Source of the DNA: Vulcanimicrobiota bacterium
GTDB lineage: Bacteria; Vulcanimicrobiota; Vulcanimicrobiia; Vulcanimicrobiales; Vulcanimicrobiaceae
Length of the DNA stretch: 64,000 nucleotides
Assembly: GCA_963787625.1 (NCBI GenBank)
Contig: CAWBDH010000001.1
Location: forward strand, 524,175 to 588,174
Reading direction: 5' to 3'
The translations under genes were made by a program, and so were the position numbers. The notes beneath the pieces are model-generated. The model saw nothing but the letters and a program-made list of their open reading frames with translations. It did no database searches and was not told the origin of the DNA. Of the stretch, positions 63,367-64,000 are shown piece by piece (the stretch's first letter is position 1; the number at the start of each line of letters is the position of its first letter).

Positions 63367-64000
63367 TGAGGACGCTGTTTCTCGGCACGAGCGAATTCGC
63401 GGTGCCGAGCCTTCGCGTCGTCGCCGCCCGCACGGACCTCGTACGCGTCGTGACGCAGCCGGACCGCCCCGCCGGGCGGGGCCAGCGCCTCCGACCGAGT
63501 GCGGTCAAGGCCGCCGCACGCGAGATCGGCGCGCGCGTCGACGAGCCGGCGAACCTGCATGAGTACGCGGCCGCGCTTCGCAGTGACGGCATAGACTTGA
63601 CCGCGCTGGCCGCATACGGACGGATATTGCCGCGGGAACTCCTCGCACTGGCACCGCTCGGTGCGCTCAACGTGCACCCGTCGCTGCTGCCCAAGCATCG
63701 TGGCGCGACGCCCATTCAAGCTGCGCTGCGTAATGGCGAACGCGAGACGGGCGTCAGCATCATGCTGATGGATGCGGGTCTCGACACGGGCGGCATCGTG
63801 GTGCAGCGCCGCGTCCCCATCGGATCGACCGAAACCTACGGTGAACTGCACGACCGCCTGGCACGGTTGGGCGCCGATTTGCTCGGCGATGCGATCGAAC
63901 TTGCCCGCGCCGGCACACTCGAGGCAACCGCACAAAGCGGCGCCGCCGACCTGACCCGCCCACTGCGAAAGGACGACCTCGCGGTGGATTGGAGCTGGTC
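63366..64000 (+). CDS. fmt: methionyl-tRNA formyltransferase (3' end outside the window)
   Basis: Not in the ORF track because there is no stop within the window. I translated it by hand from the ATG at 63366, which overlaps the def stop: MRTLFLGTSEFAVPSL...VVTQPDRPAGRGQ...LNVHPSLLPKHRGATPIQAAL...GVSIMLMDAGLDTG. Confidence 0.9.
   Translation, partial: MRTLFLGTSEFAVPSLRVVAARTDLVRVVTQPDRPAGRGQRLRPSAVKAAAREIGARVDEPANLHEYAAALRSDGIDLTALAAYGRILPRELLALAPLGALNVHPSLLPKHRGATPIQAALRNGERETGVSIMLMDAGLDTGGIVVQRRVPIGSTETYGELHDRLARLGADLLGDAIELARAGTLEATAQSGAADLTRPLRKDDLAVDWSW

Overview
High-G+C (visibly about two-thirds G+C) bacterial chromosomal segment, gene-dense, with about 65 supportable protein genes. 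I cannot assign a taxon from sequence alone. It combines Terrabacteria/Firmicute-like gene order (topA-trmFO-hslVU, def-fmt, GerMN-amidase-murI) with outer-membrane features: a giant TonB-dependent-receptor-like OMP ending in a terminal Phe, a TonB C-terminal domain, and an AMIN-domain amidase.

Content from left to right:
- Two-component system, twin TrkA genes and tRNA-Pro(CGG).
- Clp_N protein, DedA, and uvrC with an apparent 1-nt frameshift.
- A holin-IV-like membrane protein and tmRNA (ssrA).
- A roughly 4.6-kb lower-G+C, gene-decayed island directly after ssrA. It holds an intact IS3-family element that splits a lipoprotein gene, plus two further transposase remnants.
- Housekeeping and transport genes: PPIase, Fpg/Nei, aqpZ, xthA, metC, PhzF, MFS, proline dehydrogenase, a DHDPS-like gene, VIT, and permeases.
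- An ECF sigma/anti-sigma pair followed by two unknown exported proteins.
- A long minus-strand block: Rieske oxygenase, BNR/Asp-box protein, TBDR-like OMP, CrtI-like oxidoreductase, BlaI, and an M56 (BlaR1-type) protease fused to TonB_C.
- A divergent second Rieske oxygenase coupled to a sarcosine-oxidase-like flavoprotein.
- Cell-wall genes, secG and orphan oppDF ATPases.
- An extremely basic GRKK(S/T)-repeat protein divergent from topA, then trmFO, hslVU, def, and fmt (3' truncated by the window edge).

Most interesting candidates:
1. The BlaI / M56-TonB_C pair next to the TBDR-like OMP, as a possible uncharacterised trans-envelope signalling module.
2. The promoter-, RBS- and terminator-supported poly-GRKKSS protein beside topA, as a possible histone-H1-like nucleoid protein.
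3. The ssrA 3' end with a non-canonical T-loop, abutting a degraded island bounded by a 13-nt direct repeat.

No CRISPR array and no rRNA are present. All calls rest on reading the sequence and the ORF track. No database search was run.
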